A model generated the notes under the pieces. It was not told the origin of the DNA and ran no database searches. It was given only the letters and a program-made list of their open reading frames with translations. From Auanema rhodensis (Eukaryota > Animalia > Nematoda): DNA of 64,000 nt. Position 1 is the stretch's first letter. Every line of letters starts with the position of its first letter. The DNA is taken from the NCBI GenBank assembly GCA_964057225.1, contig OZ059898.1, positions 7,688,001 through 7,752,000 of the forward strand. The letters run 5' to 3'. The translations under genes were made by a program, and so were the position numbers. Shown in pieces: positions 1-14,680 of the stretch.

Positions 1-676
1 ATGTATCTTATCTCCAGCTAAAGCTTCTACTTGAGTCTATAAGTTCAGAACTGCATTATTTATGATTTCAGCACAAATACCTGCAAATCATCTCCAAGAG
101 AAGATAGAAACATATTTTTCATTTCTGCATTCAGTTTCCGTTCTAAATCCAGTTGTCTTTTCATCTCCTCCAAGTCTTTTTCAAGAGACAAAACCTAATT
201 GGATGATTTTAGAAAATTTCGAGATGAGGTTCTTCATTACTTGTTCATCAGTTGGCAATTCTAGCTTTGGTCTATTTTCTCTCAATTTTCTTTGATCTAC
301 TAGCAAACATTGTTTCTCATCTTCAGGCTCTGTTTTTTCTTCCGCGTTGGACGAACGATAAGGAATAAGAGTCGGTAGATCAAGAGGAGCTTCACCTTTT
401 CTGAAACTATTTTTTCAACAAGAATTGAATAAAAATCAATAAATAAGGTTTAGAACTGCATTTGCACTGTTTATCATATTAATAGTTATAATCGATATCT
501 GACCTGTCAGGGGCAGGAGCAGCCTTGTAAGGTTCCCACGGAACAAATTTGGGTTTTTTTGGTTTTAGACGTGTTTGCTCATTTTCTTCCTCAATAACAT
601 CAATTTCCTTTTTATAGAGTCCTTCATCAATGGCTAAACCATATTCATGTGCATGGTACAGGTCAATTAAATCCAT
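1..676 (-). CDS. Golgin-45/BLZF1-like coiled-coil protein, 5' part (continues off the window start)
   Basis: Exon 1 MDLIDLYHAHEY...KPKFVPWEPYKAAP. The PKFVP(W/Y/F)EPYKAA motif is characteristic of Golgin-45 N-termini. Further spliced exons at about 80-400 encode E/K-rich coiled-coil sequence. Confidence 0.55.
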
Positions 677-1884
677 AAACAGGATAAAAAGGTTCTAAAT
701 ATAATAATGAGCTCATCTTTCAGCCGAGAAAAAGATATAAAAATTTTTAATTTTTTACAAGATATGGATTATGATAATTTTTTCATTGCAACAATTTTTT
801 CTTTCGGAAAGTTCGATAAGAACATTGAGAATGTAAACAAACTCTAAGCAATATGTATATGATATAAAGAAAATGATACTGTTCAATTTCAGCTGATGAG
901 TAAAGATAAGTAAAAGAAATAGTAAACATTTTTGAAATTTAATATAATTTTACATTACACAGCAGAATGTAATCGCTAAACTTAAGCATACAAAGATACA
1001 AAAGTAGCGATAAGAATCTTTGGTTTACCTCGTTTGCGTGCGGAACGCGAGCGTTTCCTTAGCGATAGGTCAGGCTATCTCCAGAGATCTCTCGAAGCCC
1101 GTTACACATAAGGAAGAAATTTAAGAGTCGAACAGTTTTTTTTTCAAATTCTGAGGTTTATATTCCAAACATTCTGAAATATACAACTTTAACTAATGCT
1201 GTGTTTTATCATCTAAAAGTACTTTCAAGTTAGAAACTGATTTACAGATATTTAATGTATCCAAAGCAATAAATGTACATTACATACAGTAATAATATCA
1301 GAGCCATCTTTCAGAGACACTGAAAAGCAATACAGTTGATAATGAAATATTTTTGTGATAACAGTGAATCCAAATTAGGAAAAAAGTTTAACGATGACCA
1401 TGTGTTGGTAACGTCTTCTGTGACAACCAGACATCAGTGGCATAAACCATCTGTTGATCTGGCACTACGTCTTCCCTTGACCACACATACACTTTCCCAC
1501 GTCCGAGATGTTACCAGAATAATTGTCAGACAGATTTCTTTTGAAATCAGGTCTTCCAATGAAACATTTACAGCTTAAGATTCCAACAGCTACCGTGATA
1601 AGGTCATCCAAGAGAGGCGGGACTTTCTTCGTCAATGTGGGCGGAGTTACGAGCTGAGCTTCGAACTTCAGATCTCTGTCACTTGTAATGTTTCGATCGT
1701 CTTCAAAATACGGTAGCGTTCTGGAACTATTTATCTAGATTCTCAAATATATTCAAATCAAGTTTTTAATCAGTTATATCTTTAGTTCAATTCATTTTCG
1801 ATTAGGAAGTGCTTGAAATTATTATCGAATAATTCAATTCTATATCCTAGATCATGAATTCTTATTATATGAAATTATTTTCAG

Positions 1885-3747
1885 ATGGCTCCACCTAAGA
1901 AAAGAACATCAAGAAAATCTAATAAAAATGAAGAAGAATGTCTAATGCAACGTGTATGTGCTAATAAAAGAGAACGCCAAAGAACAAAGGTAATTCTTAT
2001 ATTATATAATTAAAATAAAATATAATAAGTATTTCTGAATATGTTATCTTTTAATTATTTCATAATTCATATTTCTCATCGTTTCAATAAAAAATAAGAA
2101 AGAACACACTTCTCTTTCAAATAAAAATTTAATATTTTTCAACTCAAAATGATTCTAAACTTTTTCTGAAATTGAGCTAAAGTCTGCATGCCTGTGAAAT
2201 AAGTTCGCGCATATTCATTTCTATTAGTTGAATTCTGTCACTAAATAGTTTTCGATGTATTTATTGCCTTTTATAAGAACAATTGATGATATTTCAACAT
2301 TAGACCTAATCTTACTTACATTGAGCTCGAGTTGAACACATCCATCTTGGAACAGCCGTTCATTTTGTCAGTTTCTGTGTGAAAGGCCATGTTTGTTTTT
2401 TGATTAATTGTGTTAGAACTTTCAACATTGAGAAATTTCTTGGTCAGACACAGCTAGTTTCTCATCAGAATACTATTAGAATCAGAAATCGATCATTAAG
2501 GAAAAATGTTCTTCTAAAGAAATGATAGTGTGTAGTTTGCTGAGAGTTTAGACAAGCTTTCCCAGATAAATTGGCTCAGCAGAATAATGATGATGAACGA
2601 AATAAGAACGGAGAAGCTGTAAAACCTTTTATTATTCCGGGAAAACAATGACAAGAAGTTTTGCTGAGAATCTTTCGACGGAGCTACAAAGAGAAATTTC
2701 CTCAAATTTTACTGCTTTTCATTTTTCTTTATTGTCTAGAAATTGAGAATATCTTCATCAAAGCAAACCGCTTCCAAAAATTATTATATTTATAATTTAT
2801 TTTCAGGAATTGAACGATGCTTTTGCCTTACTGAGAAAGATAATTCCATCTATGCCCTCAGATAAGATGAGCAAAATCCATACATTACGAATAGCATCTG
2901 ACTATATCCGTTTTCTTGACCAGGTTTGTACTCTTCTGGTCTACCTGAAAGAATGAAATTGCTTTCAGATGAAACGAGACGATGGAAAATTATATGGTGT
3001 AGATATTTTTGATGATAAAGCTGGATATGGATTGCAAGCTAGTTTCAATATTTGGAGATCGGGCCATGGCATTACCGGCTCGGGAATTATGTCTCCACAT
3101 CCATTGAATGGTAAATCAAAAAAAAACAACAAAAAACAAATAGTAAATATACTTTTTGAGGACCATCCACTCCTTGTAACCTTATACCGAATACAATGAT
3201 GTCGCAGATGCCAACAACCACAATTCTACATAATCCAGGTGGCCCAGCTACATCAACTAATATGATGACGTATTATATGGGTGGATACAGTATGAAACCA
3301 GGTTAAATTTGCGAATTAACTTACAATTTTATAATAAAAACAAAAAAATCAAATTAAAACTCGTGTAATGTGATAGGAATTTTTATAATTATAACTAAAA
3401 AAGCATCATAGGTCATATCGTATTAAATTACAAAAGTAAGATGACCTAAGAAATTCATGTTTTACGATCTTATCATACCGTACTCCTCTTCCGATAGTTT
3501 ATTTCTTTTCTCAAATTCTCTTTGTGTTAGAGTGAGAATAGGAATTGTGACTAAAAAAAACAAAAGTTTCTGTGTGATGTTTCGCGCCTTTGTACAGTAA
3601 TGAATCTCAAGTCAATTTATTTTCTTTAAAAACGATCTTCTTTCAAAATATCAAATATAATATTAAACTTTCTTATAATGTAAACAAGTATTTTCAGAAT
3701 ATCTTGATACTTCTACATCTTCGGGAGATATGCATTGGGAAAACTGA
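1885..3747 (+). CDS. hlh-8: Twist bHLH transcription factor
   Basis: Exons about 1885-1989, 2807-2923, 2969-3110, 3161-3301, 3699-3747 give [83 protein letters not shown]...MHWEN*. This covers the bHLH and the WR motif and is close to CeHLH-8. Confidence 0.95.
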
Positions 3748-4980
3748 CCACATAACTTGAGTAGGGGGGAGAAGTTTACCATCTCTCATTTTCTAATTTA
3801 AATTTTGTTTTCTTTTATGAAAAAAGTCAAAATAATAAGATTGATATCATTTTAATACTATATTTACAGAGGAAAAAGTTTATTAGCTTATTGTAAATGC
3901 TTTAATGTATCTTAGTTCTTAATTCTTTCAATTCATTTTGGTCATTTTTTTGTCATTATTATGCCATAAAACGATGTACTATACTTGCCTTTAAAGAAAT
4001 TTGCCTTATCATCTTCAAAATGGGTCCTACAATATTATCAATATAATCATCATCAAGTTATATCCTTTATTGTTTTTAAAATTGTTTTATTTTTGAATTG
4101 ATTTTTCAATAAACTATTGAATATTATCTTTGTTTCCATTAATAGTAAACTGAAAGACAAATGATGTTCTTGTGGATAAGTATACATTTACTATATTTGT
4201 TTTGGACACCCATTGAAAATACCAAAAATTTGAGGTATTTTAAATTCGATATGTCGCTCAACTTAGACAATTTCATCGCTCCAAACTAATTTATAGTTAT
4301 GTGATTGGGATGATGTAGAGTTTATGTAAGAAATGAAGAAGATGAAGATGACTGTGAGAACTGAGCAAAGTGAGGAAGAGGAAGAAGACTAAACAGATAG
4401 ATGAATGATCGAATAGTTGAATGAAGAGATGTGTTGTTTTTACGACATCCAATCGACTCCAGATGTTGCTCTAGCGAAGTCGGAACTTTCAATCGGTTTG
4501 TCTTTCTTTCCACCAAAGTTTTCTGCTTATAAAAAGGCAATTTGAAGGGATTCTGTTATCTAGAACTGTCAACAACATGAAGGAATAGACAATAAGACAA
4601 TGTATATGAATTGTATTTTTAAAAAACATATAGTAAAGACAGTACAACATAAATATTATAAATGGTATTGATTGTATTATTATTTTTCTTCAAAAGAAAA
4701 AAATTGCAATCAACTTCATATCATACAGTTTGTCTAGCTATAGCCGCTGAAATTTTGTAAGTTTTGATTAGATAAGATACATGGAAAAAACAGACAACTA
4801 CATATTAATCAGGAGGTTACTGAACCATAGATAAGTGTGATACTTTTTATAATAAGAATTCTATTTATAAAACACATCCTTTTGATATTTTATCTTTTAC
4901 TATATTCTTATAACTATTATATTCAAATTAAAATGCTAAACATTATTTGTTTCTTTTTCTTAATATAACTGTTTTAGATA

Positions 4981-7900
4981 ATGACAAAACTTCCATTTAA
5001 TTCCAAACTTTTATATGAAAATTTGACGGATAAAACTCTTGAATTTGTAAATGTACAATGTCTCAGAGGCATGGAGCTAGTAAATGATCATTTATGGGTA
5101 ATAATTATAATTATATTAATTTTAAAACAATACATATTTTGATGGCTTTCTGGAAAGTATGCTATAAAAAATATTTGAAACAGACAAATCAATAGTCAAC
5201 ACGTGATTTACATACTTCTGAATGCACAGACATGCTTGGAATTCATTTTAATGAAGTTAATCGCATGATTCGGTTGTATCATATCATATAATTAGTTATT
5301 TCCAAAGAATTCTTAAGAAATTATCAGTCTAATGAATGTCTTGGCAATAATTCAAAACGGGGAAATTATTTGCTTTATGTTTGCACGATATTATCTTTTT
5401 CAGGTGCGGAATGGAAAGATCATTAGTGCTGCTGATATATTTTTCAAAGAAAAGAAACAGGCTGATGTACAAGTACAGTTTTCAATATTTAAAAAAATGT
5501 TTATGAACTAAAATTCAGATTGATTGTAACGGATACATATTGTCACCGGGATTCATTGATATTCAATTTAATGGTAATGTTAGACTTATGGATTCTTCTA
5601 CAATTATATTAAAGGTGGATTTGGATTTGATTTCTCAACAATTGCTGATAGCGATGAGGAGTACGTTAAAGGCTTACGAGAAGTTTCCAAGAAGCTTCTC
5701 TCACACGGAGTTACTTCTTTTGCACCTACATTAATAACAAGTTCTTCGGAAACATATCGAAAGGTTAGTTTTTTTTTTCAAATATTTATTTTTTCTCCAA
5801 TTAAAATAATCTGGGAATTAAATCATTTCTGGGAAAAAATTGTTGAATTGTATCTGAAAAAATTTAATCATCATATAAGATAGTTTTATTGATAGCTGGG
5901 ATGAAATTATTAGATAAGATGGCGGTCTTCTACCATTTTGACATATTTCGTATTCTCATTTCACCTTTTTTTTTTTGTTTCTTTTTTTTTGTTTTGAAAC
6001 TGATATTGATACTTCCATGTAAAAAATATCATGTAAATAGATCAATTTAATACATCAATAACTATATGTATGTATATTCTCACCAGCAATCGAACAATAG
6101 TCTACTTTCAATTTTCTATGTTTAAAATCGTCTTGTAATTTTTTGTAAAAGGAGGTCATATCGTCATCTTGTTCTAACCGAGCTGAATTGTTGGAGGACA
6201 TGTTAAGGACAAATTCATAAATAAACGCTGATGTCTGTTTATCTCATATTCAAATATATTTATCGGAGAGAGCTGCCATTAATGATTTTTTTCACAGTCG
6301 ATGACAGAACAAGCTGTTTATACAGTTCTTTTTCATGCAATTACTTTTATTTTGTCATCCATCGCTCATACGCGCTGTTTTTATTTGTCCTGTCATGAAC
6401 ACAGTCACATCCTAGCGGACTTTTATATACGCTGGGTCTATATCTCCCACCTCGTTTTCACCATATTCCCTCTCCTTCTCTTTTTGTTAACCATATATCT
6501 TCCAGTCCATCATGCTTTCTTTCCATTACGCATACATCCACAACCACCCCTCCAGTTTCTGTATTTAGCATTAATCATTGATTACATTGATTGTAGATGA
6601 TGACGTAAACGTAACTATACTTGGATGATACATTCAAATAAGGAATGTTCACTGTATTATCAATTTGAGTTAATGATTGAATTAAATTTTCTCTTCATTA
6701 TTGACCATGATCAAGTGCATTTGCCTTCAAATCTTGCCGGTCAATAATACATTTTCCCGTGTCCTCAATTTTCTATTCTTCGCCATCCTATTCATGCAAT
6801 AGTGTGCTACTTAAAGTTGAAATACAGCATGTTAGGTGTGTCTATATTTTTAACTCTAAGTAAAAGTTTTTATGGTAATAGAACTAAAGGTGTCTATACT
6901 TTTTTTTGGTTGGCGATGCGGTCGCGTGGCGGCTTGAAACATGGTGTACATTCCTTAATTTTTTATAAGTAAATATAAATATATATTTTATGTGATCGAT
7001 TTGACCGCATGTGAAGATATCTTTCATTTATCCTTTGAATGTGAGTCAACTGTATTCAACTTTATTTATTTAGGTTCTTCCTCATTTATATCGTCGAAAT
7101 GGTGATGCTCACGGTGCAGGTGTACTCGGTATGTCATATCTCTTTTTGGTAGATGTTTATACGTTCGCAGATATTTTGCGTTTTTTTTCACTCTCCTTAT
7201 TCAACACATCTATAAGCTGGTTTTTTTCCGATTTAATAGAGAGAGAGAGTATTGTTTCTCTGAGAGACAAATTGCTTTTCGCGTGGTTTGGTGTTTGGAC
7301 TGCACGCTCTCCGTCCATTTTTGTGGTTTTGTTTTCTCTCAAACAGCTTATACAAGAACTCTTAGCTTTCGTCTAAAAAAGACGTTCATTTTCATTTGAG
7401 CATCTCATTTTATAAAATTTTAATCAATTATGTGTAGTTTGAGGTGAGCAGTTAATATTTTAAACTGCTATACTAGAAGTCTATGAATCATTAATCATGA
7501 GGCTCTTATCAATGTCATTTGATCATGTATGACGAACTTTTTTTTCTGTTCCTTAACTTTGTTTCCTTGATTTATTAATTATTTATACTCATTTTTTTCA
7601 TTTAAACAGCTGATAGATCATATGAAATTTCGATTTAAAAGACGAATTTATTTATTTTAGTATTGATTAGGAAAAGTTTCTACATCCGCTTTTTATTGAT
7701 CTGATCGATAAAATTGATTTGAAAAATCACATTTGATAGCTTTTTGTAATGTTTTTCATAATTATATTTAATAATATACTTCAGGCGCTCATCTCGAAGG
7801 ACCGTTTATCTCTAAAGATAAAGTAGGATGTCATCCAAAACATTACGTCTCTGAATTTGGATCTGATCCTGAGAAAAAATTGCTAGAAGTATTTTGAACT

Positions 7901-8863
7901 CTATTATTATATGTTTTCCTAATTGTTTTTTTTTCTAGATTTATGGCTCTTTTGAAAACATTGGAATTGTCACTCTTGCACCTGAGATTCCAGGAAGCGA
8001 AGAAGCTATTAAGTATGTTGTTTCAAAAATATAATTTTTCTATTTAATGTATTTAATTTCAGATCCTTGGTAAAATCTAATGTAATTGTTTCTCTTGGAC
8101 ATTCAAGTGCTCAAACACATGAAGGTGAAGCAGGTATAAAAGCTGGAGCTACTTGCCTTACTCATCTTTTCAACGCTATGCGACAGGTAATTATATAATC
8201 ATATAATATTCATTTATTAAATTTTTTACCTTTAGTTTCATCATCGTGACTCTGGTCTGATTGGGCTTTTAGCTTCTCCAGAATCGGAAAACATATATTA
8301 CGGTATCATATCCGATGGTGTGCACACTGATGATTATGCTCTACGCATTGCTCATAGGTATATTTTCACTTTTTATAAACATTATACATAATATTTTTAG
8401 AACATGCCCTAATGGCCTAATATTAATCACAGATGCAATGGCGGCTCTAGGAATGGGTGATGGTTGTCATAAACTTGGAGACCAAAATGTGTTAGTGAAT
8501 GGCCTTCAAGCACTATTAATTAATTCAAATACACCAGCAGGAAGGTAAAGTTCAATTTCTATTTTTTGGCAGACTAACACCCATACTTCAGTGTCGCATC
8601 TTTGCCTCATTGTATCAGGCATTTTATAAAAATAACCAATGCTAGTATCGGAGAAGCGTTGAAAGCAGCAACCTCAAAGCCAGGTATTATATAACAAAGT
8701 TTAATATTTAAAAATTGTTTATGTTTCAGCTGGTTTATTGAAATTGCAAAGTAAAGGGACTCTGGATGTTGGGAAAGATGCTGATTTAGTGATATTGAGT
8801 CCTGATATGGATGTAAAAGCTACATTCATAAACGGGCAACTGGTCTATTCTCCTGAAAATTGA
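4981..8863 (+). CDS. N-acetylglucosamine-6-phosphate deacetylase (AMDHD2/NagA; F59B2.3-like)
   Basis: Spliced motifs [65 protein letters not shown]. Two unusually long introns (5764-7073, 7129-7784). Confidence 0.95.
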
Positions 8864-9072
8864 TTTTTCTTGTAGTGATTGTACTATTGTACTGCTAGTA
8901 GGAAAAAGTTGGGTATTTTGTATTTTTATTTGTCTACTTTGTATAAATTGGGCAATAAATTATGTTATAAGTTTTAAAATGAACTTTATTTATGTGTAAA
9001 TAACACAGTTATATCTCATATTCTTTTTTATTGTTAATTACATTATATTTAGAATCGTAATCCGCTTATTGG

Positions 9073-10848
9073 ATGGCCGATGACGGTAACCGTACAATGG
9101 ACATAGACACCGAATCTCTTAATGATGGCCGCGCTCTTGTAGCTGCACCGTCAAGAAGTGGCGATGTCATCTCGTAGGCATCAAATTAAAATTTCTATTG
9201 AATACCTTTCTTAATGTTTAGGCCAACAAGAGCTGTAATGACTCTATCTAAATCTATGTTCAATGCGGGTTGCTTTTCTTTACCTTATGCTTGGAAGCTC
9301 GGAGGACTTTGGGTACATCAATACGTTATGTTTTCTTTCTAATGACAAGTTTAAGGTTTCTTTCGTGTTTTCATTCATAATTGCTGGTGTTAATTGGTAT
9401 GGAAATCATATATTAGTTCGAGCAAGTCAACACCTGGCCAAAAAGTTGGAGTTGATAAAATTATTATTGTAATCTGTGAAATTCTAGATCTGAACGTTCA
9501 GCATTGGATTATGGACATTTCGCCAAGAAAGTGTGTGACTATAGTGACATTCGTTTTCTTCGAGTTCATAGCAAAGGAGTTATGTAAGGATTTGGTTAAA
9601 CTAAAAAGTTGTAATTCTTTGAATTATAGGTATGTGGTAAACATTACAATCCTATTCTACCAGTTAGGAATGTGCAGTGTAGCTATTTTATTCATCTCTG
9701 ACAATATGGTAAATCTAATTGGAGATTATATAGGAGGAGATCGACATTCTAAAATGGTTGTTATGGCATCTATAACTTTAGTCTTCATCCTTATCACTAA
9801 TATGTTTACTGAAATGAGGTAATTTGGTGAATATATCTACTTAAAACTTAACATTTTTTTCATTCAGAGTGATTTCGGCATTCGCTTTAATATCTTCAGT
9901 GTTTTTCATAATTGGAGCTGCAACTATCATGCAATTTACCGTTAGGTACTGATTTATTTATTTTTCCTTTTAAAAATTGTATTTAAGACAACCTAATCAT
10001 TGGGATAAACTACCGGCGTCAACTAATTTTACTGGGACGATTATGATGATTGGTATGGCTATGTATTCATTTGAAGGACAAACAATGGTATGAACGAATA
10101 TTTATCGACTAGATATGTTCTGTTCAGATTCTTCCAATCGAAAATAAGCTTGAATCTCCTGAAGCATTTTTGGCCCCATTTGGTGTATTGCCAACTACAA
10201 TGATGATTTGTACTTGTTTCATGACCGCATTTGGATTCTTTGGTTACACCGGTTTCGGAGACTCAATTGCACCTACAATTACTACTAATGTACCTAAACT
10301 AGGGTTGGTTCCAAGTTGAAAATAATATAATTTTTATTGTATACCTTTAGCTTTTATTCCACAATTAACGTTTTTCTCATCCTTCAAGCAATGCTTGGTC
10401 ACTCAATTGCTATGTATGTAGTATTTGATATGTTCTTTAACGGATTCAGAAGAAAATTCACTAACCGTTTCCCTAACTGCCCTAAGTTTGCCGTTGATAA
10501 GGGATTCCGAGTATTCTGGGTTGTTTTAACCTATGCAATGGCTGTATTAATTCCTCGGTTGGAAATTATGATTCCTTTAGTTGGAGTTACTAGCGGAGCT
10601 CTCTGTGCCTTAGTGTATCCACCATTCTTTGAAATGGTAACCTTCTGGACTGATTGGAAGGTATGTTTTGAATCTCCGAAGATCTGAAGAAAAAAAAATT
10701 GTAGGGTCTATTGACATATCGTCAACGCATGACTAAAATTGCTTTGAATGTGTTCGTAATGATGGTGGGCTTCTTCGCTATTGGAGCTGGTGTATATTCA
10801 AATGTTCTTGCCATCGCTGATGCTTTTGCTCATCCAGATGATGAATAA
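9073..10848 (+). CDS. skat-1: SLC36 proton-coupled amino acid transporter (F59B2.2-like)
   Basis: KSMFNAGCFSLPYAWKLGG, YQLGMCSVAILFISDN, AMYSFEGQT/ILPIENK, PLVGVTSGALCALVYPP. Starts about 210 nt after the deacetylase stop, behind a TTTAG acceptor. Confidence 0.9.
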
Positions 10849-11544
10849 TCGCTGGATATAGTGAAGTTTGATATGTTATTTGAGCAAACCGCATATCACC
10901 TATTCTGACTCAAATCTCAAATAATTGTAAAAAATGCGTTGTTTAACCCTATGACCTAGGAATGTTTTATCATTTAATTTTTAAAATTTAAATAGTATTA
11001 GTACTATGTGGTTTGCGGTTGTCTCGTTTGACTGGTACTTCATAGATTTTTAGATATTATTGTGATATTTTCTCTTTTAGTATTTCTTTTCGACTATCGA
11101 AGTACTGGCACTATATATCGTTTCTGCCTGTACTTTGCGAATTTGTCGGAAATTTATATTGTATTTAACGTTGCCTTCTGTCATTCTCACATTATTTGTC
11201 AATTTCATTATACCTCATTGTAATGTGAAGAGGCTTTCTGTTGAATAACTGTGATATTTACTTTAAATCTAATTTATTCTAATCGCTTCGAAGAGTTTAT
11301 TTATTTGCATAGAAAGGTAATAAAGAAAACAAAAACCCAGATAGTTTTTCATTACCTTATAATTTTTTTTAGTTTGTATATGTAATACTTATAACAAATA
11401 TTAAATGAGAGGATTATTGGTTTTGTATTTTTTCTATTTTCCTGAAATTATAAGCAGTGCGCTGTTGAATTCCAAAGTTTTTTTTTGGAATTTTTTTAGA
11501 CTCATTCATGAAATAGTTATATACAAAATATATTTATTCTTCTA

Positions 11545-13269
11545 TCAATCAATTAATGTATCTAATTCATCCGGAGGACTCACCAGTGTTCCATAAAAAG
11601 GAAATCGTGGACGAAAATTCTATTTAATGAAAAAAAGTTGAAATAAAAGGTTTTTTTGAGATTAGTTACCGTTTGGAATTCACTAGGTCGAATTCGATTT
11701 GCTACTTCGGGGACAACGCATTCTTCTAATGTGGGAACCAATGGAACTGCAAAATAGTATTTTCTTTATGATTAACTAATCACTTAATTATACCGGGGTT
11801 CTCTTCATCCGGTAATGATATTGATTGTATGAGCCCAGAACCCTCAAGGGGCACAGTACCAATTATAATCGGACAATGACATCTTGCTGTATTATTGATT
11901 GTTCCTTTACAAACAACTTTAATCTTTATAAATAAAAAACGTTGATTAAGAAAAAGTTTTTGTTCAATAGATTAACCTCAACTAGATGGCTAACATGCAT
12001 GATTGGACAACTACTATAAGATGGTACTAAACAAGGTATTTGCATAACCATTTTATGTGTTTTGCTACAGTGTGCTGGAATATCGACTTCCTAAAGTTTG
12101 AGAAAACTTTTTAAAAACAATAAACATCTTAATACCTCCTCTTGAACATACATTTTTCTATCATCAACTGTAATATTATTATAACCAAGCGTTTCAGTAT
12201 CATACAGATCACCATGCCATCTAGAACAAATTGATATTAAAAATTTGTTTTGATAACTCTATAAACCTTGTACTTTCGGAGCCATAACGATATGCTACAT
12301 ATGTTGTTTTCTCAATTACCTTTGCTTCTATCTGAATCTCTTGTTATATTATATTTATAATATTATTCTTTTTTCACTTTTAAAATGGGTCGATTGGTCT
12401 TATTTTCAATATTTACGTCGAGTTCTAAAAGCTCTCCAGAAACATATCCTGTCTTGGGTAACTTGCACTAAAGAAAATCAATTGAGAAGAAAGAAAGAAA
12501 AGCATTTACTCACTTGTAAAGATATTTTTCCGTGTCGAAAAAACACGAATCCCGTGTTTTTTGTTCTTGTTATCAGAACCACATCTCGTGCATCAGGTAC
12601 TGTGTTTAAATCAAAAGATGGAGCAACTGTAAAATGGTAAAACATTAGCTAAATTATAAAATAGATTTACGCGTAAAATATTCTTTATGAGATTTATTAG
12701 TCTTCCATGGTCTTTCTATAACAACTGTAATTGAGTATCGAATCGCTCCATATGAACCTGTCAAAATAATTTTACATTTCTACTCTTGGATTTTGCTTTT
12801 TAAATTCAAAATATATGTTTCTGTACCTTCGAAACTTGGTGGTAAACGGGGAAGTATTGGCAAATCGAAACGAAATCCAAAGCTATGTTGTCCAACAGTC
12901 AATGCACGATGTCCGACACCATCGTTTTCCCAAACCACTATCTGATTGTCCAAATATTGTACAACACCCGAATATGGAACTTTCATCCCGCGGCTATGAG
13001 TGCTTAAAAGGTTTTTGACTTAAGCTTTCAAAATATGAAATCTTCGTTGATTACTCTGGTGTTTTTTCTGCAATTTCCCATTTGGTAAAAGCTTTACCTT
13101 CAAGTACAATACGAACCGATTTAGCCTAGAATTTCTAATGTGTTGAAAAGATACTATGTGAACGAACCTTCAGCTCATGTTCTTGGGTAATTAAAGCATT
13201 TCCTTCTATTGTAGAGCCTGGTGAGTAGACATGATGAGTATTTGAAAAGTTTATTTGAATTGACGTCAT
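11545..13269 (-). CDS. Alpha-arrestin (arrestin-domain) protein
   Basis: MTSIQITFSNTHHVYSPGSTIEG..., GQHSFGFRFDLPILPRLPPSFEG/SYGAIRYSI, PCLVPSYSSCPIMHVSH, CPIIIGTVPL, ending FRPRFPFYGTLVSPPDELDTLID*. About 8 exons. Confidence 0.9.
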
Positions 13270-14680
13270 TTATCAGCCGAATTTTCTACAAAAAAAGTTT
13301 ATAAACCATAGCATTAATATGATAATATATCCAAATATAATTGAAGAAAAAAGTTGTATTAAAGCAAATAAAAATTAATGATAAATGAAAATTCTGCATA
13401 TATTATATTAAGCTATATCAAAGTGAAATAATAGTGCTGAATTGACTTTTACAGGAAATAAACTGAACTCCTTCCTTCTTGCATGCTTCAACACACATAG
13501 CGATTATGAATTTCATGAAGCAGTTAACGAAAATGTTGTTTGAATCAAAATTATTAAAGTTTCGTATCAAATACCTACTCAATGCTTAAATGAAGCATAA
13601 GAGTAAAGATAAACTAAGTAGAAATCAAGATAGGTTAAACTAAGCGAAAATATGAAAAGTTATAAGAAGAAAGAATACATTGAACTAAGCTGTATGTAGA
13701 ATAAAGTATCTAATTTTTCTATTTTATTTCTATAACTGAAGAAAGCATTGGAAACAAACGTAAAAGTGAGTAGCAAAAACAGATGTCTAAGATGTTTTCT
13801 AATGAGCTACCTTATTCTGTTCATTTAGCTAAGGTATTCTGAGTAGAAACTGAATGTACATACATTCCTTCATCATGCTTTTCGTTTATTGAAGTATTCT
13901 GAAGAAATGAATGAATACATACTTGGAAACAAGTGGAAGACGGTTAGAAAACAATCAAAGAAAGCAAGTAAGTTGAAACTGCCAAAGAAACTCGAAGCCA
14001 ACGCTGCAATTCTCTCATTGACTCAACATTATCTTTATCTCTTTTCAAGTAGACTAGTCTGCTCTAAAAAATGTTCTTGTATCTATTCCCTTTTCCCTTT
14101 CTTTTCTCTGAGTTTCTCTTCTCAGCGTTCTTTTCTATCCTTTTCATTTCATTTCGAGGGTCCTTTTCCAAATTAGTCTAACGAATAAACTTGGCTCATC
14201 GCCTCAGGCAATTTCACAAAAATAGATTCAATGGTTGTCCCTGGCGTCGTCTGATAGCAAAAAGAACTTTGTTTTTGAATGAAATAGATAGAGAGGGTGG
14301 AGATAAAAATGAGGCACATGTACCTAAATCTGAACCCCTAGAAGTTCAGAAAACATTGTTAATGCTTTAGTTCATCTTAATCGTAATTCAGATGAACTCG
14401 AATCAGATTCTAATAAACTGCATCGTGAGCATCATGATGATTACTAATCCTGTTTAGAATTTCAAAATTTGTTAAGATGTTCTATGAAACTTTTAAGAAA
14501 TAAAACTTTATTTCTTTGACATGACATGTAATTTCATACAAGAAAGTAAAAACAAATTTTATTTACAATTAATTTTTCGTTTGATTGGCTAGAACATCAA
14601 GGCTGAACAACTTTGAAAGCTCAAAGAAAACTTGGGTTATTTGAGGTTTGCTCAACAATATAACCAACTTTCTTGGATTT

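Noticed and set aside
1020-1110. GC-rich patch with small hairpins as an SL or other small RNA
   Set aside because: No SL leader, donor or Sm site. More simply explained as the promoter of the Golgin-45-like gene.
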